Source of the DNA: an uncultured Actinomycetes bacterium
Lineage (GTDB): Bacteria; Actinomycetota; Thermoleophilia; Solirubrobacterales; Solirubrobacteraceae
Direction of reading: 5' to 3'
Assembly: GCA_963826615.1 (NCBI GenBank)
Contig: CAWGXO010000002.1
Coordinates: 2,506,649 to 2,570,648, forward strand
DNA: 64,000 nucleotides
Part shown: piece by piece, positions 50,375 through 59,551 of the stretch
Layout of the letters: each line of letters begins with the position of its first letter
Position numbering within the stretch: the first letter of the stretch is position 1
Program-made: the position numbers and the translations under genes
The notes under the pieces: model-generated
The model's database searches: none
The model's input: only the letters and a program-made list of their open reading frames with translations
What the model was told of the DNA's origin: nothing

Positions 50375-52873
50375 GTGATCGCCCTCGCGGCGGGGCCGTT
50401 CGTGCTGCCCGTGCTCGGGGTGAGGCTGGCCGACCTGCTGTTCGGGGTCCCGCTCGTCGTGCTGCCCTGGGCGGCGGCTGCCGCCCTGGCGGCCGGGCGC
50501 CGCCGGCCGGAGCGATCGGGCGCCTGGCGCTGGATCGCGGTCGCCTGCGCGTCGGCCGCCTTTGCCTCCGCGCTCGGCGTGGTCACGCAGGTCGCCGGCG
50601 CGGGCGCCACCGCGGGCCTCTACGCCGGCCTCGCCGCCTCGGCCTGCATGGTCGTCGGCGGTGCCGTGCTCGCGCACGGGGCGCTGCGCCAGGGCGGGTG
50701 GGCTGGGCTCGCCGACCCGCTCCTGCTCGCCGCGACCGCGGTCTTGACCGTGGTCTACCTGGTGGTGATCCCGGGCTTCGCCGGCGCCGACGTGGTCCTC
50801 ACCGTCGTCGTCGTCCTCGACCTCGCGGCCTTCCTGCTCGTCGCCGCCGGCACGGCGGGCGACCTCCCGGCCGGAGCCAAGTCCTGGCTGATCCTGGCGC
50901 TGGCCGTCATCTGCACCGGCGACGCCACCGCGGTGGCCCAGGACGCCCACCTGACCTTCCTGCCGATCGGCGTCACGCCGGTCCTCTGGGCGCTCGCCGG
51001 CTGGTGCCTCGCGATCGCCGCCGGCCGCGAGCGCTCTGCCGCCCCGGGCGGCAGCGCGTCGCCGCCCGAGGTCGCTCCGCGGCGCACCTACGCGCGCGTC
51101 CTGCTCCCGCTCGCCGCGATCGTCGCCTATCCCGCCATTGCCGTGGGGGTGGGGCTCGGGCAGGGCGATTGGGTCCGGCCCGGGCTCTTCTTCGGCCCCG
51201 CCTTCCTGCTGTCGACCGTCGTCGCGTTCGCCCGCCAGGCGGTGCTCCTGGTCGAGCAGGACCGGGCGGCGCGGCGGGAGGCGCGGCTGCACGCGGAGGC
51301 GCGCAGCCGCGCCCGCGAGCTCGAGGCGCTCAGCCGCGTCGCGTCGACGATGACCGAAGTGCTCGAGGAGCGCCCGGTGATCGCCCGCGGGCTCGAGGCG
51401 CTCGACGCGCTCGCGCGAACGTCGAGCACCGCGCTGACGCTCGTGCGCGGCGAGGGCAGCGAGCTCGTCGCCACGACCGGCGCGTGGGGCGCCGATCGCA
51501 TCTGGGCGCGCACTCCGCACCTCGCGGCCGGCGGGCCCGCGCCCGAGCCGCTGCTCATGCGCCGCGGCCGCCGCGAGATCGCCCACGTCCCGCTCAGCGC
51601 GCGCGGCGACTTCCTCGGCACCGTGACGCTCGTGCGCCCGGAACGCGAGGGGAGCTTCGAGCCCGAGTTGGGGCTCCTGCGCCTGATCGTCGACCAGCTC
51701 GCGGTCGCGCTCCAGAACGCCCGTGACTACTGCGAGAAGCTCGAGGCGGCGATCCGCGATCCGCTCACGGGGCTCTACAACCGCCGGTTCTTCTACGAGG
51801 CGTTCGCCAAGGAGATCGCCCGGCACGAGCGCTACGGCACCGATGCCGCGCTGGTGCTCTTCGACATCGACGACTTCAAGCGCATCAACGACACCCTCGG
51901 CCACGCGGCCGGCGACCACGTCCTCCAGCAGGTCGCCGCCATCGCCGGCCGGCTGGTCCGCCCGGCCGACACGTTCGCCCGCGTCGGCGGCGAGGAGTTC
52001 GGGCTGCTGCTGCCCGAGACGGCCCAGCTCGACGCGCTGCTGGTCGCCGAGCGGCTGCGCACCGCGGTGGCCCGGCAGGAGATCCTGCCCGGCCGCCCGG
52101 TGACCCTCAGCGGCGGCGTCGCGGCGATGCCGCAGGACGGCACGACGCGAGAGGCGCTCGAGCGTGCCGCCGACCAGGCCCTCTACTGGGCCAAGCGCAA
52201 CGGCAAGAACCTCTGCGCGCTGGCCAACGAGGCGCTTGCAACCGACGTCGACGCCGTGCCGCAGGGCATGCTCGCCCACCTGCACGGCGTGGTCGCCGGG
52301 ATCGACGCGTCGCAGCTGCACACCCGCGACCACTCGGAGAACGTCGCCTCCTACGCGGTGGCGATCGGGCAGGCCCTCGGCCTCGACCCCGACCGGATCG
52401 TGCGGGTCCGCCGGGCCGCGTTCCTGCACGACGTCGGCAAGGTGGCGGTGCCCAACGCCATCCTCGCCAAGCCGGGGTCGCTGACCGCCGAGGAGTTCGC
52501 CGAGATCCGCCTGCACCCGTCGGTGGGCGCGACGATGCTCCACCATGCGGGCCTGCACGACGAGGCGCGCTGGGTGCGCGCGCACCACGAGCGCTTCGAC
52601 GGCGCCGGCTACCCGGACGGTCTCGGAGCCGACGAGATCCCGCTCGAGGCCAGGATCATCTTCGTCGCCGACGCCTTCGAGGCGATGACCTCCGACCGGC
52701 CCTACCGTCCCGGGATGCCGGTGCCGCAGGCCCTCGCCGAGCTGCGCCGCTGTGCGGGCGCGCAGTTCGCCCCGCAGGTGGTCGAGGCGTTCGTCGACCT
52801 CGTCGAGGGCGACCATGTCGCCGTGCTTGCGCTGCGCGCCAGCTCCCAGCCCGGCGACCTGGCGAACGTCTAG
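50375..52873 (+). CDS. Membrane sensor with GAF-like, GGDEF and HD-GYP domains
   Basis: About 8 N-terminal TM helices. DPLTGLYNRRFF...LVLFDIDDFKRINDTLGHAAGD...RVGGEEFGLLL (GGEEF). HSENVASYAVAIG...AAFLHDVGKVAVP...HHERFDGAGYPDGL (HD-GYP). Confidence 0.85.
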   Translation: MIALAAGPFVLPVLGVRLADLLFGVPLVVLPWAAAAALAAGRRRPERSGAWRWIAVACASAAFASALGVVTQVAGAGATAGLYAGLAASACMVVGGAVLAHGALRQGGWAGLADPLLLAATAVLTVVYLVVIPGFAGADVVLTVVVVLDLAAFLLVAAGTAGDLPAGAKSWLILALAVICTGDATAVAQDAHLTFLPIGVTPVLWALAGWCLAIAAGRERSAAPGGSASPPEVAPRRTYARVLLPLAAIVAYPAIAVGVGLGQGDWVRPGLFFGPAFLLSTVVAFARQAVLLVEQDRAARREARLHAEARSRARELEALSRVASTMTEVLEERPVIARGLEALDALARTSSTALTLVRGEGSELVATTGAWGADRIWARTPHLAAGGPAPEPLLMRRGRREIAHVPLSARGDFLGTVTLVRPEREGSFEPELGLLRLIVDQLAVALQNARDYCEKLEAAIRDPLTGLYNRRFFYEAFAKEIARHERYGTDAALVLFDIDDFKRINDTLGHAAGDHVLQQVAAIAGRLVRPADTFARVGGEEFGLLLPETAQLDALLVAERLRTAVARQEILPGRPVTLSGGVAAMPQDGTTREALERAADQALYWAKRNGKNLCALANEALATDVDAVPQGMLAHLHGVVAGIDASQLHTRDHSENVASYAVAIGQALGLDPDRIVRVRRAAFLHDVGKVAVPNAILAKPGSLTAEEFAEIRLHPSVGATMLHHAGLHDEARWVRAHHERFDGAGYPDGLGADEIPLEARIIFVADAFEAMTSDRPYRPGMPVPQALAELRRCAGAQFAPQVVEAFVDLVEGDHVAVLALRASSQPGDLANV

Positions 52874-53700
52874 GCGGCCGACCGTGTGCGGCCGCGCCGC
52901 CGCGGTCGCCAGCACTCGTCGAGGAAGTCGCCGATCTCGCCGGTCAGGCGCTCGGGCGAGAAGCGCAGCTCGAGCATGTGGTCCGCCTCCAGCAGCCGGC
53001 CGTTGGGCAGCTCGTCGACGAGCATCCCCGAGTCGCTGAACGGGTGGATGGGGTCGCGGCGGTGACCGATGACGAGCGCAGGCGGGGTCAGCGTCTCGCG
53101 GATCGTGCGGTGGGGCGCGACACGCCCGAAGAACAGGCCCTGGAGCACAGCCGCGCTCGGGGCGGGCGCCTGGCGGACCGTGTCGAGCGCGACCTGCCCG
53201 AAGAACGGGCCGACGCCGTCGGGGATCCGCCTCGTCAGCCACGACAGCCCGCGGGCGAGCGGCTCCCCCGCGGTCAGCGCGACCATGAGCGGGGTGAACG
53301 CGAGCGCGCAGCCGAGCAGCGCGTTGTCGAGCACCGGCATCTCGATCACCATCCCGCGCACGCGCTCGGGGGAGTGCGCGCACGTCTCGAGCGCCACGTT
53401 GGCCCCGAGCGACGTGCCGGCGATCACGGCCTCGTCGAGCCCGAGGTGGTCGAGCAGCCCGATCACCTGCTCGCCGAAGAACGACATCGAGTAGCGGCCC
53501 ATGTCGTCGGGCCGGTCCGACCGGCCGTGTCCGAGGAGGTCGACGGTCACCACCCGGTTGCCACGGGCCGCGAGCGCCTTGGCCAGCGGGACGTGCATCC
53601 GCTGCGAGAGCAGCAGCCCGTGGACGAGGATGCAGGTGCGCGGGCCCTCGCCGTAGGAGCTGTAGGCGAGCCGGTGGTCCCCGTGCGTGAAGGTCGGCAT
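52870..53700 (-). CDS. Alpha/beta hydrolase
   Basis: ILVHGLLLSQRMH...VDLLGHGRSDRPD...VIAGTSLGANVAL (GxSxG). Confidence 0.8.
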   Translation of the reverse strand: MPTFTHGDHRLAYSSYGEGPRTCILVHGLLLSQRMHVPLAKALAARGNRVVTVDLLGHGRSDRPDDMGRYSMSFFGEQVIGLLDHLGLDEAVIAGTSLGANVALETCAHSPERVRGMVIEMPVLDNALLGCALAFTPLMVALTAGEPLARGLSWLTRRIPDGVGPFFGQVALDTVRQAPAPSAAVLQGLFFGRVAPHRTIRETLTPPALVIGHRRDPIHPFSDSGMLVDELPNGRLLEADHMLELRFSPERLTGEIGDFLDECWRPRRRGRTRSAA

Positions 53701-53756
53701 CGCCGAGCACCCTACCTCGGGGGCGGGTCGGTATCGACCCGGATACGGTCCCATCC

Positions 53757-55073
53757 ATGGCTCCGCGCGATCTCTACCAGGACCGCCTGACCACTCCGGA
53801 CGAGGCCATCGCCGGACTGCCCGACGACAGCGACGTGGTCATGTCGATGGCGGTGTCGCAGCCGCCCGCCCTGCTGGCGGCCCTCGAGCGCAGGATCCGC
53901 GGTGGAGGCCTCAGCGAGGTGCGCGTCCACTACTTCCACTCGGAGGCCACAGCCGGCGAGACGATCCTCCAGTACGACCTCATGGACGTGGTCAAGCCGC
54001 ACTGCTTCTTCCTTGGAGCGATCGAGCGCGAGCTGCAGCGCCGTGGCGACGAGGACGGCCGCCAGGTCGTCTTCTACGTCCCCAACTCGTTCGGTCAGGC
54101 GCCGCGCTACCTCACCGAGTACGTGCGGCCCGACGCGTTCCTCGTCACGGTCTCGCCGATGGACCGCGCGGGCTACTTCACGTTCGGCACCAACAACGAC
54201 TACGGCTCGACCGTCGCTCGCCGCACCCGCAAGCTCATCGTCGAGGTCAATCCGCGCATGCCGCGCGTGTTCGGCGACTCGCTGCTGCACGTGAGCGAGG
54301 TCGACATGATCGTCGAGCACGAGGCGTCGCTGATCGAGCACCCCGCCCGCGAGCCGCAGGCGGTCGACCTCGCGATCGGTGCCCAGATCGCCGAGATGGT
54401 GCCCGACGGCGCGACGATCCAGATGGGGATCGGCGGGGTGCCCAACGCGGTCTGCGCCCAGCTCCACGACCACGCCGACCTGGGGATCCACTCGGAGCTG
54501 ATGTCGCCCGGCATGGTCGACCTCGTCAGGCGCGGCGCCGTCACCGGCCGGCGCAAGCGCATCAACCGCTTCAAGCACGTCTTCACGTTCGCCCTCGGCG
54601 ACCAGGACATGTACGACTTCATCGACGACAACCCCTCGATGGAGAGCTACCCGGTCTCCTACGTCAACGCCCCGGCGGTCATCGCCCGCAACGACCGCGT
54701 GGTGTCGATCAACGCGATCCTCGAGATCGACCTGCTCGGCCAGGCCAACGCCGAGTCCTTGCGCGGGCGCCAGCTCTCGGGCGCGGGCGGCCAGCTCGAC
54801 TTCGTGCGCGGCGCGTTCGACTCGCGCGGCGGCAAGTCGATCATCGCATTCCAGTCGACCGCACACGGCGGCGACTTCTCGCGCATCGTCGGCCGCCTCC
54901 AGGGTCCGGTCACCGACCCGCGGATGGACACGCACATCGTCGTGACCGAGCACGGCTGGACCGACCTCAAGGCCAAGTCGGTGCCCGAGCGCGCCGCCGC
55001 GCTGATCGGGCTCGCCGATCCGCGCTTCCGCGGCGAGCTGGAGGCCGAGGCGCGCGACATGGGCCTGTTCTGA
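53757..55073 (+). CDS. Acetyl-CoA hydrolase/transferase family (4-hydroxybutyrate CoA-transferase-like)
   Basis: TPDEAIAGLPDDSDVV...IQMGIGGVPNAV...GIHSELMSPG...INAILEIDLLGQANAES...SGAGGQLDFVRGA. Confidence 0.85.
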   Translation: MAPRDLYQDRLTTPDEAIAGLPDDSDVVMSMAVSQPPALLAALERRIRGGGLSEVRVHYFHSEATAGETILQYDLMDVVKPHCFFLGAIERELQRRGDEDGRQVVFYVPNSFGQAPRYLTEYVRPDAFLVTVSPMDRAGYFTFGTNNDYGSTVARRTRKLIVEVNPRMPRVFGDSLLHVSEVDMIVEHEASLIEHPAREPQAVDLAIGAQIAEMVPDGATIQMGIGGVPNAVCAQLHDHADLGIHSELMSPGMVDLVRRGAVTGRRKRINRFKHVFTFALGDQDMYDFIDDNPSMESYPVSYVNAPAVIARNDRVVSINAILEIDLLGQANAESLRGRQLSGAGGQLDFVRGAFDSRGGKSIIAFQSTAHGGDFSRIVGRLQGPVTDPRMDTHIVVTEHGWTDLKAKSVPERAAALIGLADPRFRGELEAEARDMGLF

Positions 55074-55160
55074 CCGCCGCGGCCGATCCGTAGAAACCGC
55101 CGCTCGCGACTGCGGGGCACCCGGGATGGCGCGCGGCGGCGGCGGGCGTAGCGTCGTGGC

Positions 55161-56048
55161 ATGCCGCTCGCGATGGCCCTCCTGCTGACGCTGCTGCTCG
55201 TCCCCGCCGCGCAGGCCGCGTCCGACCAGGTCGTGCTCTCCGGCTCGGTGACGGTGCCCCGCGGCGAGACGGCCGGGACCGTCGTGATCGTGCACGGCCC
55301 CGCGCGGATCGCCGGGCGCGTCGATGGCGACGTGGTCGCCATCGACGGCCGCGTGGCCGTCACCGGTGTCGTCACCGGCGACGTCGTCGCGGTCTCCGCC
55401 CCCGCGCGCCTGGGCCCCTCCGCCCGCGTGGGCGGCGACCTGCTCTACGGCGACGAGGCTCCCGCGATCGCCTCCGGCGCCCGGGTCGACGGCAAGGTCT
55501 CCGACCAGGGCTGGGCGGGTTTCGCGCGCAACGGCCTGCCCGTCGTCTCGGCGATCGCGATCTGGATCGCCGTCTCGCTGTCGACGCTCGCCCTGGGCCT
55601 GCTGCTGATCGGATTCGCGCCGCGGGCCGCCGACGCGGCGCTCGCCGCCGCGCGCGAGGCGCCCTGGCAGGCGGTCGCCTGGGGCGCCGGGCTGTTCATC
55701 GGGCTGCCGGTCGCAGCCGTCCTCGCGATCCTCACCCTCGTCGGCGTGCCGCTCGGCCTCGCCGTCCTGCTGGCCCTGCTCCCGCTCGGGGCGGTCGGCT
55801 ACGCGACCGCGGGCTTCCTGCTCGGGCGCGTCGTCGCCCCGTCGGCCCCGCGCGTCACCGCCTTCCTCGCCGGCCTGGGCATGCTGCGCGTCGCCGCGAT
55901 CATCCCGTGGGTGGGCGGGGCGGCCTGGGTCCTCGGCGCCGCATTCGGCCTGGGGGCGCTGTTCGCCGCCGCCTGGCGGCATCGCGGCCGCGGCGCTCGG
56001 CCGGACCCTGCCTTCGCCGCGCCGGTGAGCCCGACGCCGGCCCGGTAG
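55161..56048 (+). CDS. Polymer-forming (bactofilin-like repeat) N-terminal domain fused to a 4-TM membrane region
   Basis: Signal peptide/TM, then repeats IAGRVDGDVVAIDGRVAVTGVVTGDVVAVSAPARLGPSARVGGDLLY, then hydrophobic helices. Confidence 0.5.
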   Translation: MPLAMALLLTLLLVPAAQAASDQVVLSGSVTVPRGETAGTVVIVHGPARIAGRVDGDVVAIDGRVAVTGVVTGDVVAVSAPARLGPSARVGGDLLYGDEAPAIASGARVDGKVSDQGWAGFARNGLPVVSAIAIWIAVSLSTLALGLLLIGFAPRAADAALAAAREAPWQAVAWGAGLFIGLPVAAVLAILTLVGVPLGLAVLLALLPLGAVGYATAGFLLGRVVAPSAPRVTAFLAGLGMLRVAAIIPWVGGAAWVLGAAFGLGALFAAAWRHRGRGARPDPAFAAPVSPTPAR

Positions 56049-56057
56049 GTTCTCCCC

Positions 56058-56948
56058 ATGGCGAAGCAGACAAGGATCCTCACCGGCCGCGTGGCGGCCG
56101 TCACCGGCGGCGCGCGCGGGATCGGCCGCGCCACCGCCCAGGCCCTGCTGGCGCAGGGCATGAAGGTCGCCATCGGCGACGTCGACCTCGAGACCGCGCA
56201 GCGCACGGCGGCCGAGCTGGGCGACCGCGCCGAGGCGTTCGAGCTCGACGTCACGCGCCGCGAGTCCTTCGCTGCGTTCCTCGACGCCGTCGAGGAACGG
56301 CTCGGGCCCCTCGACGTGCTGGTCAACAACGCCGGGATCATGCCGCTGGGGCCCTTCCTCGACGAGGACGACCGCAGCACGCAGCGGATGATCGACATCA
56401 ACGTCAACGGCGTGCTGTTCGGGATGAAGGAGGCGTTGCCGCGCTTCCTGGCGCGCAACGGCGGCCACCTGGTGAACATCGCCTCGACCGCCGGCAAGGC
56501 GGGCTTCCCGGGCGGCGCCACGTACTGCGGGACCAAGCACTTCGTCGTCGGGGTGAGCGAGGCGGTCCGCGCCGAGCTGCACGAGACCCCGGTGGAGATC
56601 TCGTGCGTGATGCCCGGTGTGGTCAACACCGAGCTGGCCTCCGGGCTCCAGGAGGCGCGCGGGGTCAAGAACGTCAACCCCGAGGACGTCGCCGAGGCGA
56701 TCGTCGACGCGCTGCGCCACCCGCGCTTCGACGTCTTCGTGCCACGGTCGATCGGCCCGATCAGCGCGATCATGGGCGCTGCTGCCGCGCCGGGCCGCGA
56801 GGCGGTCTCGCGGGCGCTGAAGGCCGACCGGGTCCTGGCGGCGGCCGACCCCGAGGCCCGCCGCGCCTACGAGCTGCGGGCGGCCCGCTCCGAGCCCGCG
56901 CTGGAGGCCGGCGACGAGCAGCGCCGGCTCGCGCAGGCGAAGGACTGA
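56058..56948 (+). CDS. Short-chain dehydrogenase/reductase
   Basis: VAAVTGGARGIGRA (TGxxxGIG), NNAGI, and SxnYxxxK (STAGKAGFPGGATYCGTKH). Confidence 0.88.
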   Translation: MAKQTRILTGRVAAVTGGARGIGRATAQALLAQGMKVAIGDVDLETAQRTAAELGDRAEAFELDVTRRESFAAFLDAVEERLGPLDVLVNNAGIMPLGPFLDEDDRSTQRMIDINVNGVLFGMKEALPRFLARNGGHLVNIASTAGKAGFPGGATYCGTKHFVVGVSEAVRAELHETPVEISCVMPGVVNTELASGLQEARGVKNVNPEDVAEAIVDALRHPRFDVFVPRSIGPISAIMGAAAAPGREAVSRALKADRVLAAADPEARRAYELRAARSEPALEAGDEQRRLAQAKD

Positions 56949-56975
56949 CCGGCGGCCGCGGCGAACTGCGTCGGC

Positions 56976-57236
56976 GTGGCCGACGCCTTCGTGTACCTGC
57001 TGCGCTGCGCCGACGGGACGCTCTACTGCGGGTGGACGACCGACGTCGAGCGCCGGCTGACCCGCCACCGCGACGGCAGCGCCAGCCGCTACACGCGCTC
57101 GCGGCGCCCGCTCGAGCTCGCGGCCGCCTGGCCGGTGGCCGATCGCAGCGCCGCCCTGCGCGAGGAGGCGGCGGTCAAGCGGCTGAGCCGCCGCGAGAAG
57201 CTGGCGCTCGTGGCGCGCCTCGGCCCGCGGCCGTGA
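56976..57236 (+). CDS. GIY-YIG nuclease superfamily protein
   Basis: FVYLLRCADGTLYCGWTTDVERRLTRH...RPLELA. Confidence 0.75.
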   Translation: MADAFVYLLRCADGTLYCGWTTDVERRLTRHRDGSASRYTRSRRPLELAAAWPVADRSAALREEAAVKRLSRREKLALVARLGPRP

Positions 57237-58076
57237 GCCAGGCGGCGATCCGCTCGCCGATCTCCTCGCCGGCGTCCTCCTGGAGGAAGTGCGAGGCGTT
57301 GCCGATCACCTCGGGCTCGGGCCCGCGGATCGCCTCCGCAAAGCGGCGCCCGGTCTCCAGCGGCAGGACCGGGTCGGAGTCGGCCCACAGGATCAGCTTC
57401 GGCCGCCCGTCCTCGCGCAGCGCCTCGAGCACCCGCTGACCGGCCTCGGCGCCGGGCCCGTCGGGTGTCAGCGGGATCATGAGCGGGAAGGCGCGCGCGC
57501 CTGCCTTCGACGCCGTGTCGGGGAACGGCTCGTCGTAGCGCGCGGCGGTCTCGTCGTCCATGCCGCGGGCGACGGCGTTGCGGACCAGCATCGAGATCGG
57601 CAGGTCCTCGGTGCGCTCGACGAAGTCGCGGAACGCCATCCAGGCGTCGCTCATGCGCTGGTGGCCGGTGAACAGGCCCGTGTCCATGACGACCAGCCGG
57701 TCGAAGCGGTCGGGGTGCTCGACGAACAGCCGCATCCCGACCGGCCCGCCCCAGTCGTGGACGACCATCGTCGCGCCGTGCAGGTCGAGCTGCTCGAGCA
57801 GGCCGGACATGACGCGCGACGTGGCGGTCGTAGGAGTACCAGTCGAAGTCGGTCGGGCTTGTCGGAGCGGCCGAACCCCGCCATGTCGGGGGCGATGCAG
57901 CGGAAGCCCGCCTCGCGGACCGGTGGCATGACCTTGCGCCACAGGAAGCTCCACGTGGGCTCGCCGTGCATGAACCACACCGGCGCGGCGGTCTGCTCGC
58001 CGTCGTCGACGTAGGCGATGCGCAGCCCGTCGACCTCGGCGGTGCTCGACTCGGCGGGGAACGTGGTGGCGGTCAT
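57175..58076 (-). pseudogene. Haloalkane dehalogenase-like alpha/beta hydrolase, with two extra bases (~57857 and ~57814)
   Basis: MTATTFPAESSTAEVDGLRIAYVDDGE...VWFMHGEPTWSFLWRKVMP...PDMAGFGRSDKP, then TDFDWYSYDRHVA, then VMSGLLEQLDLHGATMVVHDWGGPVG...FLQEDAGEEIG. The three segments lie in three frames. Length is 3n+2. Confidence 0.75.
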
Positions 58077-58106
58077 GGCGGCAGCCTACGGCGTACCGTG
58101 AGGCGG

Positions 58107-59040
58107 GTGTCCGCCACGCCTGCCCGTCGCCGTGCCCCGGTCGTGGCGACGCTCGCGGCCTCGATCGTGCTCGCCGGCGGTTGCGGGAGCGGCGGTGCGG
58201 GCGCTGCCGGCGCGGCGGCGAGCGCCTCGCGGGCGCATGCCGTCCCCGGGTCGAAGGTCGCGGTGGTCGTGCTCGAGAACGAGGGCCCCGGGGCGGTGCT
58301 GCGCGGCGGGTGGCTGGCCGAGGCCGCGCGCCGCGGCGGCGTGGCGACGCTCCGCCTACGCCGAGACGCATCCGTCGCTGCCGAACTACCTCGCCCTGGT
58401 CAGCGGCTCGACGCAGGGCGTCACCAGCGACGACGTGTCGGTGGGCCCGTTCGGCGGCCCGACGCTGATGCGCCAGCTCGACCGCGCCGGCGTCTCCTGG
58501 CGCGCCTACATGAACGCGATGCCGGCGCCGTGCTTCGACGGCGGTGGTGCCGACGTCGCGGGCCGCTATGCCAAGCGCCACGATCCGTTTCTGTTCTTCT
58601 CCGACGTGGTCGCCGACCCGGCGCGGTGCCGCCGCCGCGTCGTCCCCGGCAGCCGCCTGGCCGCCGACGAGCGCCGCGGGCTGCCGCGGTTCAGCTGGCT
58701 GACCCCGGACCTCTGCCAGGACATGCACGACTGCCCGGTGGCCGCCGGGCAGCGCTGGATGTCCGGCGCGCTGCCGCCGCTGATCCGGGCGCTGGGCCCG
58801 AAGGGCGTGCTGTTCGTCGTCGCCGACGAGGGCACGGATGACAGCGGCTGCTGCGGCGGGGCGCATGGCGGCCGGATCCCGCTCGTCGTGCTCGGCGCCG
58901 GCGCCCGCCCGGGCGCGCGGTTCGCCGGGAACGTCACCCATCGCGCGCTGCTGGCGACGATCGAGGACCGGCTGGGGCTGGGCCGCCTGCCCGCCACCCG
59001 CGGCGCCCCGACGCTCGCGCCGCTTCTGCGCGGCTCCTAG
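58107..59040 (+). pseudogene. Phosphoesterase-family (acid phosphatase/phospholipase C-like) lipoprotein, with one extra base near 58356
   Basis: VSATPARRRAPVVATLAASIVLAGGCGSG (lipobox-like)...VAVVVLENEG, then the shifted frame reads YAETHPSLPNYLALVSGSTQG...YAKRHDPFLFF...FSWLTPDLCQDMHD. Length is 3n+1. Confidence 0.7.
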
Positions 59041-59530
59041 GGCCCGGCCGAGCCGGCGCGCTCGCGGGCTTCGGCGATCGCGCGCAGGGCCTCCTCCTTG
59101 GAGAACCAGCCGTCGACGTTGACGTGGATCCCCTGGGGCTGCTTGTAGATCGCGAAGAAGTGGCTGATCTCGTCGCGCAGCTGCTGGGGGATGTCCTCGA
59201 GGCTCTCGAGCGTGTTCCAGTTCGGGTCGTGACTCGGGCACGCAGACGACCTTGTCGTCGATGCCCTTCTCGTCGCGCATGCGAAACAGCGCGATGACCT
59301 TCACCGGGATGACGCAACCGGGGAACGTCGGCTCGCTGACGCAGACCATCGCGTCGAGCGGGTCGCCGTCCTCGCCGCAGCGTGTCGGGGATGAACCCGT
59401 AGTCGGTGGGATAGACGACCGAGCTGAACAGGAAGCGGTCGAGCTTGATCGCCTGCAGCTCCTCGTCCCACTCGTACTTGTTGCGGCTCCCTTTCGGGAT
59501 CTCGACGAGGCAATGAACGCGATCGGCCAC
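59037..59530 (-). pseudogene. ppa: Inorganic pyrophosphatase, with two extra bases (~59387 and ~59235)
   Basis: [51 protein letters not shown], then [47 protein letters not shown], then [31 protein letters not shown]. Three frames are needed. Length is 3n+2. Confidence 0.85.
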
Positions 59531-59551
59531 GACGCGGCATCCTACGGAGCC

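Noticed and set aside
57175-57236. The 62-nt convergent overlap between the GIY-YIG gene and the dehalogenase-like gene, plus similar overlaps (ATP-grasp/amidase 32 nt, tkt/SLT 20 nt), as antisense regulation.
   Set aside because: In a stop-poor high-GC genome, C-terminal read-through extensions are common, and the exact stops may be shifted by undetected indels. There is not enough evidence for a functional claim.
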